Shown here: positions 1 through 13,089 of the stretch, piece by piece | Layout of the letters: every line of letters starts with the position of its first letter | Numbering within the stretch: the first letter of the stretch is position 1 | Source: Trichoplax sp. H2 | Taxonomy: Eukaryota | Direction of reading: 5' to 3' | Length of the DNA stretch: 64,000 bases | Assembly (NCBI GenBank): GCA_003344405.1 | Contig: NOWV01000191.1 | Location: 1-64,000, forward strand | Notes under the pieces: model-generated | What the model saw: only the letters and a program-made list of their open reading frames with translations | Databases searched by the model: none | Told to the model about the DNA's origin: nothing | Translations under genes and position numbers: made by a program

Positions 1-851
1 ATGCAAGTATAAATACGTAGTTAAGGATTTCAGTTATATGTATTTAAGAATTACACTCATAATACGCTTACCTGCTTCATCTGTTACTGCTGTAACAGTA
101 ATACTAGGTCCAAATCCTGCTACAGTGCCAGCTTTGATGGTAAGACTGTAGTTAGTATAAGCCTTCAAATTATTAATCGTGTACGTTAAGGTACCGCCAG
201 AAGCCGATGCCGACATTGTAACATTCGAGCCAGTAATCTTATAATCAATTTCATATGCTGTAATTACTCCATTTCGATCTGAAATTACAGGTGGCTGCCA
301 TGACAGTTTAATACCGGTCGATGATAATACTGTTGCAATGGTATTGATTGGCGTCGATGACGGAGCTATACATATAAAAAAGTTATTCGGTTAACAGAAA
401 TAAGTATGTTACACGAAAAACAAATTATATCGTATTTAATCATTCAAATAAATCCAATTCTATATCTGACATAAACGTAAATATATATGCAAGTATAAAT
501 ACGTAGTTAAGGATTTCAGTTATATGTATTTAAGAATTACACTCATAATACGCTAACCTGCTTCATCTGTTACTGCTGTAACAGTAATACTAGGTCCAAA
601 TCCTGCTACAGTGCCAGCTTTGATGGTAAGACTGTAATTAGTATAAGCCTTCAAATTATTAATCGTGTACGTTAAGATACCGCCAGAAGCCGATGCCGAC
701 ATTGTAACATTCGAGCCAGTAATCTCATAATCAATTTCATATGCTGTAATTACTCCATTTCGATCTGAAATTACAGGTGGCTGCCAAGATAGTCTAATAC
801 TAGTCGATGATAACACTGTTGCAATAACGTTGACTGGCGGAGATGACGGAG
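1..851. repeat. 486-bp tandem duplication of an FN3 exon plus intron (array probably continues left of the window)
   Basis: 1-300 matches 487-786 with 4 mismatches by manual comparison, including intron sequence; 301-365 vs 787-851 has 13 mismatches. Confidence 0.95.
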
Positions 852-1916
852 CTGCGTAACAAAAATCATACGGTTTATAATTTTACAGATCTTTGCATCA
901 TCCATCATCGAGTCATTCATGAGAAATAATTTATTAGGTAAATTAGCGGAATATATATATTCAAAATTAGTTTAACAATTCTAGGTGTTAATTACACAAT
1001 ACTCCTTATAAGCACCAACCTGACAAACTGTTCAGAACATTCATTTAAACATTAAATCTATATTTGGTTAAGATTTATAACTTAAAATACTCACCATATT
1101 CATGAGTGGTAGCATTGACAATATTACTTTCCGGACCTGTTAAATTATATTTAATGTTATACGGAATGATTTTATAATAGTAATACTGATCCTGTTGTAA
1201 ACCAGTCGAGTAAACACTTCTTGTGGTGCCGTCAAAAATCATAACTCCCGAAGAATTTAGGCTTAAACTACGTGATGAATTAACATATATCCATTGATAT
1301 AATCGGTAGCCCACTATCCCATATGATAGTGCTGGAGAATCCCAAATAATTTGAATACTTGTAGCATTATAACCCAATGCAACGATATTTCTCACCATAC
1401 TTGCTGGAGCTGCAATTATGGATATATAATTAACATAGAGTATACTAATATACGAATTAGATACGGTAAGTAGAGATAAAAATTTATATTCCATCTACAA
1501 TATGTATTTAAATCGTGCTCATCATAACGGATCAATTTAAGCGTTATCGCCAACATCTCACAACAAATTGTATGAAGCTAAATCTATACTATATTTACCG
1601 CTTTCATCAGTCTGTACTGTGATAGCCATCTTTCTACCATTACCGGCAATATTTGAAGCCCATATATTAATGCTATAGTTCTGATATGGTATAAGGCTAG
1701 TTATAGTAGTGAAAGGGAAGGTTATAACACATCCATTTGATATTAAACTGTCGTAACAAGACTGATTAATCACGGTATTATTGAATTGCAGAATAATTTC
1801 CACTGTATAATTGGTTATGGTCGTATAGCCATTAAACGAAGGAGGCAACCATGAAACGTTTAGTGCGGAAGCAGTAATATTGGAAACTGTTATCTTGCTA
1901 ATAGCTGCAGGAGGGA
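72..1916 (-). CDS. Four fibronectin type-III exons (part of the large gene)
   Basis: Exons 1599-1916, 1095-1409, 558-851 and 72-365 encode P..P/I...S..L.W.PP...NG.I..Y.....L..YT.Y...I.A....G.G patterns. Confidence 0.92.
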
Positions 1917-4900
1917 CTGTAGTTATTAAATTAAAATCAAAACAATAGCTTAAAAATTAACATTTTTGATTACATTCAGATCCAAGTAATTGAAGAATAT
2001 TGAAGTAATTTAATTACTGTAACTCTAGTTTTTTAATAATTTCTTAACAATAAATTCGATATATGATTGATAATAAAGAAAAATAATTCTGAAATCATAC
2101 GCGTACACCCTATGTTTAGAATGTTAATAGTACAGTTAAGAGTAGAAATCAATTTCATACCCATGACAACGACGGAAATATTAGGTGATGTAGCTGAAGA
2201 GAATGCATTTTGGATCCAACAGCTATAGTTGCCAGCATCAAATAAAGTTACAGAATTAATAATCAATGTACTAGAGGCCATAGTGATGCCATCAGCTTGA
2301 AAGGAGGTCATTGTTGATGATAGACCATTATCTAATGCAGTATTATTCCTCTGCCAGATGATACTAGCAGATGGTAGACTGGAAGTATTGCAAATTAAGC
2401 GAATCATGCCACCATGAATCACTCGTAACGAAGTTGTTTGGTGCAGAATAATCGGTACAGCTAGTGATAAAGCATGAATCATAATGAGAGCTATGTGAGA
2501 GTATTGATGTTCACAACACAACAGATTTTAATAGGAAAAATAAATATTATAGCATAACAAAAGCTGTCTAGATAATTTAAATTTATAATACAGTTCTCTT
2601 ATTTATAATTTTCAATGGTTGTACAAGACTTTATCACATTTGGTGGCTCATGAATTTAAAATATGAATAGCCTTATTGATAACTAAATGATGAACTTCCA
2701 TTTTCCACTGTTACTACAATTTATAATCAAGCTCTTGCAATCCAATTGACGGTAACAGTAATTACCATGATTTTATAGTTTATAATTTTAACTACATCAA
2801 ATTCGTAATATTAAAGAGATTAAAATACTTCAATATGCTCATTTGTATTTCTATAGCCTTATGTATAAAGCCGTTACGAGATCTTATTATATGTATTAGG
2901 GTATAAGTGCGTAACATATGCACTAAAGTTAAAGATGATTATAACTATTACTGTAACTATAAAAAACAGAAGAGAACATACGCCCTTCTTACGGTAACTC
3001 TATACTAGCCTCAATAGCACTGCAAAGCTCTACTGAGATACTTTCTTTATGTAATATTTGTGAACTGTTTTGAATTGTATAAGGTACTAAATTGCCAAAA
3101 ATTGATAAGTTAGATAAAATTTGTAACTATCCTGGAATAACTTTATATTTACTCGATAGCAGTTAAGATTTTAGTGAAATTTGAATGAATGCAATTAATT
3201 TTTATTATATTTTAGTACTATAACAAATATTTTTTGAGTAATAATATCCATGATATATGTAACGCAAGTATACTAAATATTGCATTTTTTATATTATTGG
3301 CAATATAGTATTTAAAACAGCTATGCGACACTACTGAAATATGTAAAGACCCTAAAAAACTTTATTGAATGTACAAACGCTACAACGATATTGTGTAGAA
3401 TTGTGTTTTTTTTTAATTAATCTCACTTACTGAAGACGTTTATCGTTGAAGCTTGGGTTAATACCGAGCCAGCAGAATTATTAAATAAGCAACGATAATC
3501 TGCCGAGTCTTTCGCTGTTACGTTTCCAATTGTTAAGCTATTCGAAACAGCATTCGATATTGCCTGCCCACCTTTCGTCCAAGTCACAGTTGGTGAAGGT
3601 TTACCAGTTCCCTCACAAGTTAATATAACCGTTTCACCAAGAAGTACAACACGGCTTATAGGCGAAAGCAAGACGGTTGGAGGAACTATTAGCAAATAAG
3701 CAAACAATTTTGTTATTCTGTAGATACGATAAATATTTATATCATCAGCGCGTAAGACTAACATCTTCAAACAATTTATCAAGTGTCACAAACAGCTACC
3801 AAATTAAAGCAATAGAATGAGCAATAAGCAGTCCTTACTTTCAATTACAACTGTCGCGATGTTACTCGTAGCTTGTCCAATGAAGTTATCAGCTCTACAG
3901 TGATACTGACCTTCATCAGCTAATGATGAATTATTTATAGTTAGCGTACTGTACCCAGTCAAGGAAAAATACTGGTAAGCTGTTTTATTCAGCAGACTGT
4001 CATCTTTAAACCATGTAATGTTAGGATAGGGATTACTTGTACTATTACAAGACAAAGTAATTTGCTGTCCCAAAATTTTAGTTTGATTTCTTGGCGACAT
4101 GACAAACCTCGGATATGCTAGGTAGACATAGAATCAAAGTAAGGTAATCATTTTTACAGCAGTCTGAATAGTTCGTTACGTTTACTGCTAATATCAATCC
4201 GATTTAATTCTACAAAGTAACAGAACTTACTATAAACATTGATTATAGCCGCAGAACTAGTAGAAGTATCAACTTCATTTGTAGCCTGACATTTATAACG
4301 ACCGGCTTCAATTCCAGACACATTAAGTAAGGCTAAAGTTGTATAACTTGATGTAGCATTAACAAATGTTACAATTTGATCATTTCTAAGCCAAATCCAT
4401 GAAGATCCAGGGTTACTAGTAGCATTGCAAGACAGCATCAGCGATTGACCTTCTGTTACATTGTTGCTCTCTGGAGATACCGTGATAATAGGCTTATCTA
4501 AGTCAACCGAGAAAATAAAAGGTAATTTATCTCAAATATTAAATACGCCAATAACATACTCGAATATTCATAATTTATAATTTATCAGTCAACTTATACG
4601 TCTTTGATAACGATTAATTGAAGCGATTATACGTAAATCCTAGCTCAAATACTCTTATATATTTCCAAATTTAAATTCTACTTTCATGGTTATACTTACA
4701 GTATACAACAACCTCTCCTATAGATCCATATATCGTTCCCATCAAATTTTTTGCTGAGCACTCATAAAATCCAGCTTGAGATACAGATATGTTAGAAATC
4801 GTTAATACGCCGTAACCATTTGACGATATTTGCCTGGCATTACTATAAGTTATTGCTGTACTATTTTTCAACCAAATAATTTCCGGAATAGGATTGCCTG

Positions 4901-7900
4901 ATACATTACATGTCAGTATACTAATCCCTCCTTCATTGACCACTACGTTGCTTGTTGAAGCAGTAATGACTGGCATAGCTGAAAGAAATTTAATGTTATT
5001 TTAATTCATTCATTGATTAAAATTGTAGGTTTATTTAGAGAATTTGAATGCGCTATTTTTATCTATTATGTTACTTAAATTAAAGTAGCAATTGAAAATT
5101 TATAAGATATTTTACTAGGTTGCAAGTTCCCTATTTTAATGGTATGACATCAATTTCCACTTACTGTAAACATCAATAAATCCATTACTACTACTTGCAG
5201 TACCAGCAATATTTGTAGCAGAGCATCTGTAATTGCCTATATCGGCACTAGATAGATTATACAGCGTCAGCTCCGCATGATCTGATGATATATTCGTATA
5301 ATTTATAATTTGATTATTCTTCAACCATGTCCATGTTGGTGAGGGATTTCCAGTTGCATTGCACGATAAGGTTAGAGATTCTCCGTTTGCCCTATTTTGG
5401 CTTTGTAGAGATACTGTTATCAAAGGTTTATCTAAAGTTAATAAAAGTAAACATAAATAGAACTTAGCTTTATGGCTTACTTATATGATGTTATGATTAT
5501 CATAACATCTAATTTCAATCAAAAGCTTACAATAAACGTCAACTACCGCTGGGACCGAAGTTACATTCCCCACCCAATTGCTTGCAACACACTGATATTG
5601 TCCTGACTGACTCTTTGTTATATTCAATATTGTTAGTGTGCTACTACCATTTGCTGAATCTTGTATAGTATTACTAAAATTTACAGCAATTCTATTTCTG
5701 AGCCAGGTTATAACAGGTATAGGACGACCGATACTGTTACACGTGAGTGCAGCAATTCCTTCTTCGATAATGCCTGTATTTCTAGGTATATTTATCAGTT
5801 TCGGTAAAGCTGAAACAGGATCAAAGGACATTCATGTATTTAATTAATCTATTCTTAAATAATTCGATTTGATTACGTACCGATATTAGCTTTACTAAAA
5901 CTCCAAAACATGATATATTGCTTATTGAGTAATTTAATTGCACCTTTAGATATAATACAATATACAAACATCTAAACTAGCAAGTTTGTGTATCTCGAAC
6001 TTACTATAAACATTGACAGTCACCGATCTACTTATATGACTTCCGATTACATTCGTTGATTTACATGTATATTTTCCAATTCCGATCGTTGATATGTTAG
6101 CAATAATTAATTGACCATATCCATTTACCGATGTTTGAATAATGTTGCTCATTGCAACTAATATGTCATCCTTATACCAAGAAATAACTGGCGTTGGATA
6201 GCCGGTACTATTACACGATAGAGTAATAGTATTACCCTCAACCACTTCCGTATTATTTAATATACTCACTACTCGTGGATAAGCTATAAAACATAATTGA
6301 TAGGCTATATTACTTATAATTTTTTATGTATCGAAAAATTATAAATGCAATGTATAGTAATTTAAGACCGAAACAAGGTCTACATTAAATTTTATCATCT
6401 AAAGTAACCGTGATCTACGAAAAACTTACTGTATATATCAATTATGCTCGAGCTGCTTGAACTGCCAGCGATATTTTCACCAAGACACCGATAAATGCCT
6501 ACATCTATCCTAGACACGTTCAGTAACGTCAGTGTAGTATAACTAAGCGATGATGTATTCATAAAGCCAATAATACTTTGACCATTTTTCAGCCATGTCA
6601 AAGTGGGCGAAGGATTTCCAGTCGCATTGCAAGATAATGTTACTGATTCACCATGCGTCATGTTATAATTCCGTGGAGATACCACAACTACTGGCTTAGC
6701 TGTTATAGTAATAATAAGACAATGCAAATTTAATATTGCGGTATGATCAAATACCACGCTAACTGAAGATGCTCGATAAGCCCACTTGTATAATACTGTA
6801 CATTCCAGAATTGAAATTCGATGAACAGTATAGAAATTGCATAAATTATTTTCAACAAAGTACCTTACTATAAGGTTTATCATAAAATACTAAACGATAA
6901 CAATCATCAAAAGCTGTAACGTCAGCAAACACTTACTGTACACGTCGATGATTCCAGTACTACTCGTAGAGCTACCAATAGTATTTTCAGCACGGCATTG
7001 ATAACTGCCTACATCCAAACTAGACACATTCTGTAGCTTTAACGTAGAATAAGCAGAAGACGATGAATTCGTATAATCAACGATAGTTTGGTTGTTCTTA
7101 AGCCATATCCATGTAGGATAAGGATTTCCGGTTGCATTACAAGATATTATTATAGTATCGCCTTCCGTTTTATTTAAGCTAAGTGGCGATAAAGTAACCA
7201 CTGGCTTATCTTTTATAACAGAATAGAGTTATATTAATTATTAAACTTCATTTAAACTAATTTATCTTTAATAGATAGAAAACAATAAACCGAGGACTAT
7301 TCGATATATCGGATTAAATAGAATCAATTCTACTGTAGTAGTTTAATAATATTCACTATAAATTTTGATACATACAAAGTACATCAACGCCTATAGGATT
7401 TGCATACGCGGTTCCTACTAGATTTTCAGATTCACATTGATAAAATCCAGCTTGTGATCTTGATACATTTGTAATCGTCAGTTGGCCATTACCACGCACT
7501 GAAATCTGGGCTATATTACTAGAATTCAACTTTACCCTGTTCATTTGCCATTTTACGACAGGTATAGGATTACCGGAACTGTTACAAAATAATGTAATAC
7601 TGTCACCTTCGACTACAGTTAAATTAACAGTTAAGCTTGTAAACTTTGGTAGACCTATTGATTTTAACATTAGAAAAATCTCCTTAAAATTGTATTTCGT
7701 TGTAGGTATTCCTTAATTAGTGATTCATATAATGTTAGTAATACATTAGTACCCATTTTTTAAAAAAGAACGCCATGTTACTCAGTAAACATTGCTACTA
7801 CCTGTATCTGTATATGCTTCGACTATTTTTCTCATTTTATGCACTTACTGTAAATATCGACCTCTCCAACGTTGCGGATATCAGCGCCAATGTAGTTCTC

Positions 7901-10900
7901 AGCCTTACATTTATAATAACCAACTTCACTACTAGAAATATTATTTAGAGACAGTGTGCTATAGCTCGAAGATGATAAGTTAACATAGCCACTAATGGCA
8001 GTATCATTCATAATCCATGTCCAGACTGGCAGAGGATTTCCACTGGCATTACAGGATAATAACGCTGACTGTCCTCCCGTGAAGTTAAAATTTCGCGAAG
8101 AACTTACGAATTTGGGTTTATCTAAACGTAGTCGAAATTAAAATAAACAATTAGTATTAGCATAGACTATTGGGTTATTACTCACGATCAATTATATATT
8201 ATTTGATATGTATAAATAAATCGAATGGGAATCTAAATATTTTGTAAGCTACCGAATATTAATTAATAATTTAGCAGTACAATATGATATCAATTAAATC
8301 ATATCAATATTTCATAGACCCTGATACTCTGTACAGATTTATACCCAGATTTAACACTTACAATGAAAATCCAAATTAGCAATCTGTGACTTATAAGTAT
8401 AAGACAGCATAGAAAATAGACAATAATAGTTCCCAGCGTCGTTGCTAGTAGCATTTAAGACACGTAATTGACTGTAGCCAGGTAAGGTTGTGTTCATGTA
8501 ATCGTGTAATACAACATTATCCTTATACCACGTGATACTGATCAGCGACGATACTCCAGTAGCATTACACTGCAAATTAAGCTGTTCGCCTTCTTGAAAT
8601 TCAGTAGAAATCGGTTGTTGATTGATTGCAAGATATGCTAAAGGTTTAATTATGAATCACCTCATCAGTGTTTGAATATACTTTTACGAATCCGTAACAA
8701 TTCAAGTATATGAAGCTGAAGTTATTTTATACTTTTGCCGTTTAATAAATACGCATGACTTCTAGAGCTACCTACATAATATCTAATTTATAATACAGGC
8801 ATATAACTTACTAATCGTAATAGCAATGCTACTCTATTACGTCTGATATGCATACAATTGTGTACTATTTATGAGTGGCATATAATAAATTCAAGTTTAT
8901 CTATTTTGTATTACTATTTATTTATGTGCGAATATGTATTGTACGCTTAAGATAAATCGAAAATTTACCGAAATTGTATGAGGTCAGTAGTACGCTGTAT
9001 ATAGCAACATAAATGCTTTTGTTTCATGTGAATTAGTTATCTTTTATTACTATTAACATTATGCAGTATATACTGTACCTTTAACGCGAACTTCAGCAAT
9101 ATTCGATATTAATGCAAGAGATCCCATCCAGACTCGACAGCTGTAATTACCGGCATCAGCAAAAGCAGCATTTGTAATATTCCAGTCATTATCAACAATA
9201 TAGGATGAATTAACGTAATTGCTAATTTGGATGTTATCCTTAAACCATGCAGTACTTATAAGTTTATTTCCTTTAGCTTTGCACCGTAAAGTTGCATCAA
9301 ATCGTTCAACGACATCGGTTGAATTAGGGTGTTCTTCAATAGATAAAGAAGCTGCAGGATATCCACATATATTAAGGCGTAGAAAAAATAATTACCGTAT
9401 TGTTACACAGTGACGCAACATCAACATTTGTTAATGATGCAGTATATGAATCATTAACTAGTAATACTCTGTATTCATATGCTACTTTTAAAAATTTATA
9501 TTGTCATAAAATTAATTATACCCCTTTATACTCGATTTTTATCTAGCATGGTTACAAAATTTTGATTCCTCTTTACATATTCTCTACTAAATTTTAGTAA
9601 TTGCATTCAATCTAATAGCATCATCTTGTTTCAGAGAAATGAAAATTATTTCAAGTGCATCAAGTGTATTAGCTGTAATAATATCTAGTAGGGTAAATAG
9701 AATTGATTGCTAAATCCGCTAATATTATGCGTACTTCTAACTATAAATTCAGTTATATTCTCCCACTAGTATAATTTAAAGCGTAGTTTTGGTACTTACC
9801 AAATGTTATGCCGCCTACGAAACCATATGACGTATAAAGAGTACCATGTCCATACATCGTTAAGGCAAAGTTTACACCGGATTTTAAGTGATTTACAGTA
9901 TGAAATCCTGGACTAATTCTTAGTGTTGCTGTTGCATACGAAGAAGCTGTTACCATTTGAAACATCGAGCTTTGGATGGAATTTCCGTCTAGTAGAAATC
10001 CATCTATATAGCTTGATTTAACAACGATATTTATATAATTTTGACGAAATGCGAGCGTACTGTTAACAGGTACGTAAAATTTATAATTTGGTGCGTAACT
10101 ATTAACACCTGGCATAAATATTGATAGCGGGCCAGCAACTACATTATCTTGAAAATATTCTCGCGTAAGATGAATAATTGAACATGGCATACTACAATCA
10201 AGTTGACTGGTAGTGCCACTAGGTAGCAAAATCTCTTTATAATCTGTTCTTGATAGGTTATATGTTGCTCCATTATGAGATAATGTTACTGTCGTTGAAT
10301 TATACGCCGCAACTATACGGTAGATATCGCCTGAAGTTCTCTCAGCGACAGGTGTTAATATAAATTCTTTCTTATAATACTCAACTGGTACGCTTTGCTC
10401 AATGCTGCTATGGCATCCAGATCTTGTACTTGATGTTCTGAAACATTTTTCGCCACGAATTAATCCAATATTCTGCGTCGAAGAAACAATAGTACCAGAA
10501 ATATCCTCGATTGTATTAGGTGCGAGGTAATATCCTTCACCTTTATTTAGAGTAGTGACAATCGAATCGTGGAAGGAATTCGCTCCGTTAAAATATATCT
10601 TTGTAGTTTTTGGAAATTTGATGGAAATCTGGGTGTTATCTTCCTTTGCTAAAATCGTAATCATAGATGAGCTTGGAGAGTAAATATTTAACAAATATTC
10701 TTTACCATACATCGCGGTTGGGTATACTCGATAGCCACCTCCTCGGTATTGATCAGCAAAATAAGCAATAATTGTAATATCTTCGTCGGAAGTAACGTAC
10801 GCAAGTTTCGTCGTTTTGCCATTATCTCGTTGGTAAACTTCCGCTAGATTAAACAAAATCTGAACTGTACTAGCTGCATTGATAGTATAGGTACTAGTAG

Positions 10901-12384
10901 AGCCCCCAGCACCGTAATTCGTCACATTAACTTTAGCAGCTTTGTCCAAAGCAGTTACGAATATTAATGCATTTGGATTGCCACGATAATAAATGCCCAA
11001 GAATCCAACATAGAATTCTTTACCCTGATGAGTTAAAGAGACCGAAGTAGGATCTATAAAATAAAATTAATTACAAAAGTAGAACTTTATTAATGTAATA
11101 ATTCTGTTATTATACAATATGTACTTTATTGCTATAACTAATGTGTCTATTAACGGATATCGATTGTATCAGATATCAGCTACTGCATGCTGACAAATTC
11201 CACAAAAGAATTCTGACAATGCATCCGAAATCAAAGTCCAACCTTCACGGTGAACAATATTATCTCTTCTAGCAACTCCCTGTCAGTTTGCTTAGCAACC
11301 ATGAGTTCAATTAAGTTAAGTTAATTGATCGATATAATAATGTAGGATGCAAACTCAATGAGAATAAATCTATAGCTAAGGATTAACAATATCATTTTTA
11401 TAACAATTAAATTTAATGTCCGGCTTAAAGCTACCATCTACAGAAGACGAATGCCATCAATGCTACTGTGAAGCAGTTATAATTCTTTATTTTCATCAGC
11501 AACTGTAATCTTTTACAGCCATGGACTGGTAGCAATTTCTAGTAGTCCATGGTACAGCCGTAGTACGATTATTATTAGCAAAGTATTATATCAACTCATC
11601 TCTAATTAATTCCAATAATCTTTTAAATAACAATAATATTTCCCCCTCCCCAACCAGTAACTTTGAAACAGTCTTTTCACCTAAAAGCATCAAGTGTGGT
11701 ACCATAATTAATTAAAATTAATCGTCAACACCCTAAATGAGTCAAGTAAAGTTTTTGCGAGTATTTGCAGCATAAATAATATCTTAGACATCACGAGACA
11801 ATGTTACCGTGTGTATTGAAAAACACGTCATTTTACAAATGCCTAGTCATTGTAAAGAATGCCTAACAACAATACGGCGACAGCTAATAATCAACATATT
11901 GCCAAAATTTCATGAACCGTCTTGTATGGTAGCTTGAAGATTAGCATGACCATGAACGTTCATATTACCGTAATTATTGCTAATAAGAACGTTGGTAAGA
12001 TTTTTCCGTGCAAGTTCTGCCTATACTCGTTGTTAATGCATTCTTAACGTAGCAAAATACATGTTGCTATAAGTTTCTGGTATGTTTACTTTTCCATTAT
12101 CATTAAATTCATTACTTTAGAATCTATCACATCGGTAGTTACTGAAAACCTTGATGATTTTACGGATCATCAAATACTATCAAATCTGCAGATAAAATGT
12201 AATCACTTTTAAATTAAATACGTCTGTGTTAAAGAAACTCTTTCCTACATTCTTTGCGCATTTCTAAATGATAGAAATTTAATCCTGACGAAATTTTAAT
12301 AAACTTACTGGTGCTAGCCTCATATGATTGAAAAAAGGTACCGATCCACACCAAAAAGAGCAAAGTCCAAACAATGCCGTTCAT
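72..12384 (-). CDS. Large multi-exon extracellular/cell-surface protein: signal peptide + IgGFc-binding (FCGBP N-terminal-like) domain + 14 Ig + >=4 FN3; 3' end lies beyond the left edge of the window
   Basis: 20 coding exons, all GT-AG and joined in phase 1 (5'->3'): 12309-12384 (MNGIVWTLLFLVWIGTFFQSYEAST, signal-peptide-like); 9800-11053; Ig exons 9079-9351, 8362-8637, 7849-8121, 7376-7654, 6937-7209, 6430-6699, 6005-6283, 5531-5809, 5165-5431, 4700-4978, 4231-4497, 3839-4117, 3431-3685, 2161-2460; FN3 exons 1599-1916, 1095-1409, 558-851, 72-365. All internal exon lengths are multiples of 3. About 2130 aa lie inside the window. No transmembrane segment or stop codon is reached. Confidence 0.92.
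2161..9351 (-). CDS. Array of 14 I-set-like immunoglobulin-domain exons (part of the large gene)
   Basis: Each 255-300 nt exon encodes LxC...W.K/R-N/D...L.I.N....G.YxC. Two exons missing from the ORF track were read manually: 7849-8121 (KPKFVSSSRNFNFTGGQSALLSCNASGNPLPVWTW...GYYKCKAENYIG) and 9079-9351 (SLSIEEHPNSTDVVERFDATLRCKAKG...WFKD...DAGNYSCRV). Confidence 0.93.
9800..11053 (-). CDS. Exon encoding an IgGFc-binding protein (FCGBP) N-terminal-like domain, 418 codons
   Basis: Translation has family-typical motifs: GKEFYVGFL, VTSDEDITIIAY, GYRVYPTAMYGKEY, ITILAKEDNTQISI, DISGTIVSSTQNIG, EQSVPVEYYKKEF, NYINIVV...GFLLDG, GFHTVNH...YG...SYGF. Bounded by acceptor AG (11054-11055) and donor GTAAGT (starting at 9799). 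Confidence 0.8.
11519..11552. mobile_element. 34-bp near-palindromic mini-element flanked by a 5-bp direct repeat (TACAG), in the first coding intron of the large gene
   Basis: TACAG|CCATGGACTGGTAGCAATTTCTAGTAGTCCATGG|TACAG; 9-bp perfect terminal inverted repeats, 14 of 17 pairs complementary. Confidence 0.6.
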
Positions 12385-12724
12385 CTTTGCTAATCTGTAA
12401 AAAACTAAATCCAAGTTGAAAATATTACATTAAAAGTACCATAAATATCTTTAAAAGTTTTAGTTTCGCAAACTCATATTTTGTATTTTTTAGAGATATT
12501 GAATGATAGATTATTTTTCTCTCCATGTAATAAATATCCTTCACATTTTATCAACCATTATCGCAATAAATAATGAGCAATGATTCACTATTACCGTAAT
12601 TTAGAGTTTATCTTGAGAAAATAGCATTAATACCACAACTATCCTGATAGCTAGGCGTTTTATTACGAAAACTATGACAGATAAAGCAAATCCTGCGGAA
12701 AGAGGAAACTTGTAATATACTTAC

Positions 12725-12831
12725 CCGAAATTATGGGACTTCGATAAATTGGTTAGCGTGATAAGAACATCCGATGAATTAGTAAGGCGCTCAAGGATAG
12801 ACGTTAATGCTGATTAATTAAAACTTTTATA
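12725..12831 (-). promoter_or_regulatory. Putative TATA box and non-coding first exon of the large Ig/FN3 gene
   Basis: Minus-strand TATAAAAG at 12824-12831; donor CGG|GTAAGT at 12724; acceptor TTTTTTACAG at 12395-12396, 10 nt before the ATG at 12384. Confidence 0.5.
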
Positions 12832-13089
12832 CTAAATCGAAACAATACAGTACTTGGTTCTCATGTGGAGCTTCCCCACCTAGCGTCATTTCACAAGTGC
12901 AACGCCTATGAAATGAGACATTCATAGAAATTATCCACCGCTGTGACATATTTATAGCACTTTTGTTCTACTGTGTGAACAAGACACATTATTCTAAGCA
13001 CCTACAATTCAGAAATTACTTATCAAGCTTATTTTAAAACTGGAAAAGCCAATTTTAAATTTTAACGCGATACGATAGTTTTCCTATCG

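Noticed and set aside
5638-9413. Plus-strand ORFs 5638-5847 and 9219-9413
   Set aside because: They are antisense shadows of Ig exons of the minus-strand gene.
72-12384. Equating the Ig/FN3 gene with DSCAM, Sidekick, hemicentin or IGFN1 (the human TMEM9 neighbour)
   Set aside because: Domain count and the FCGBP-like head do not fit these families, IGFN1 is intracellular, and the C-terminus is outside the window, so no symbol was assigned.
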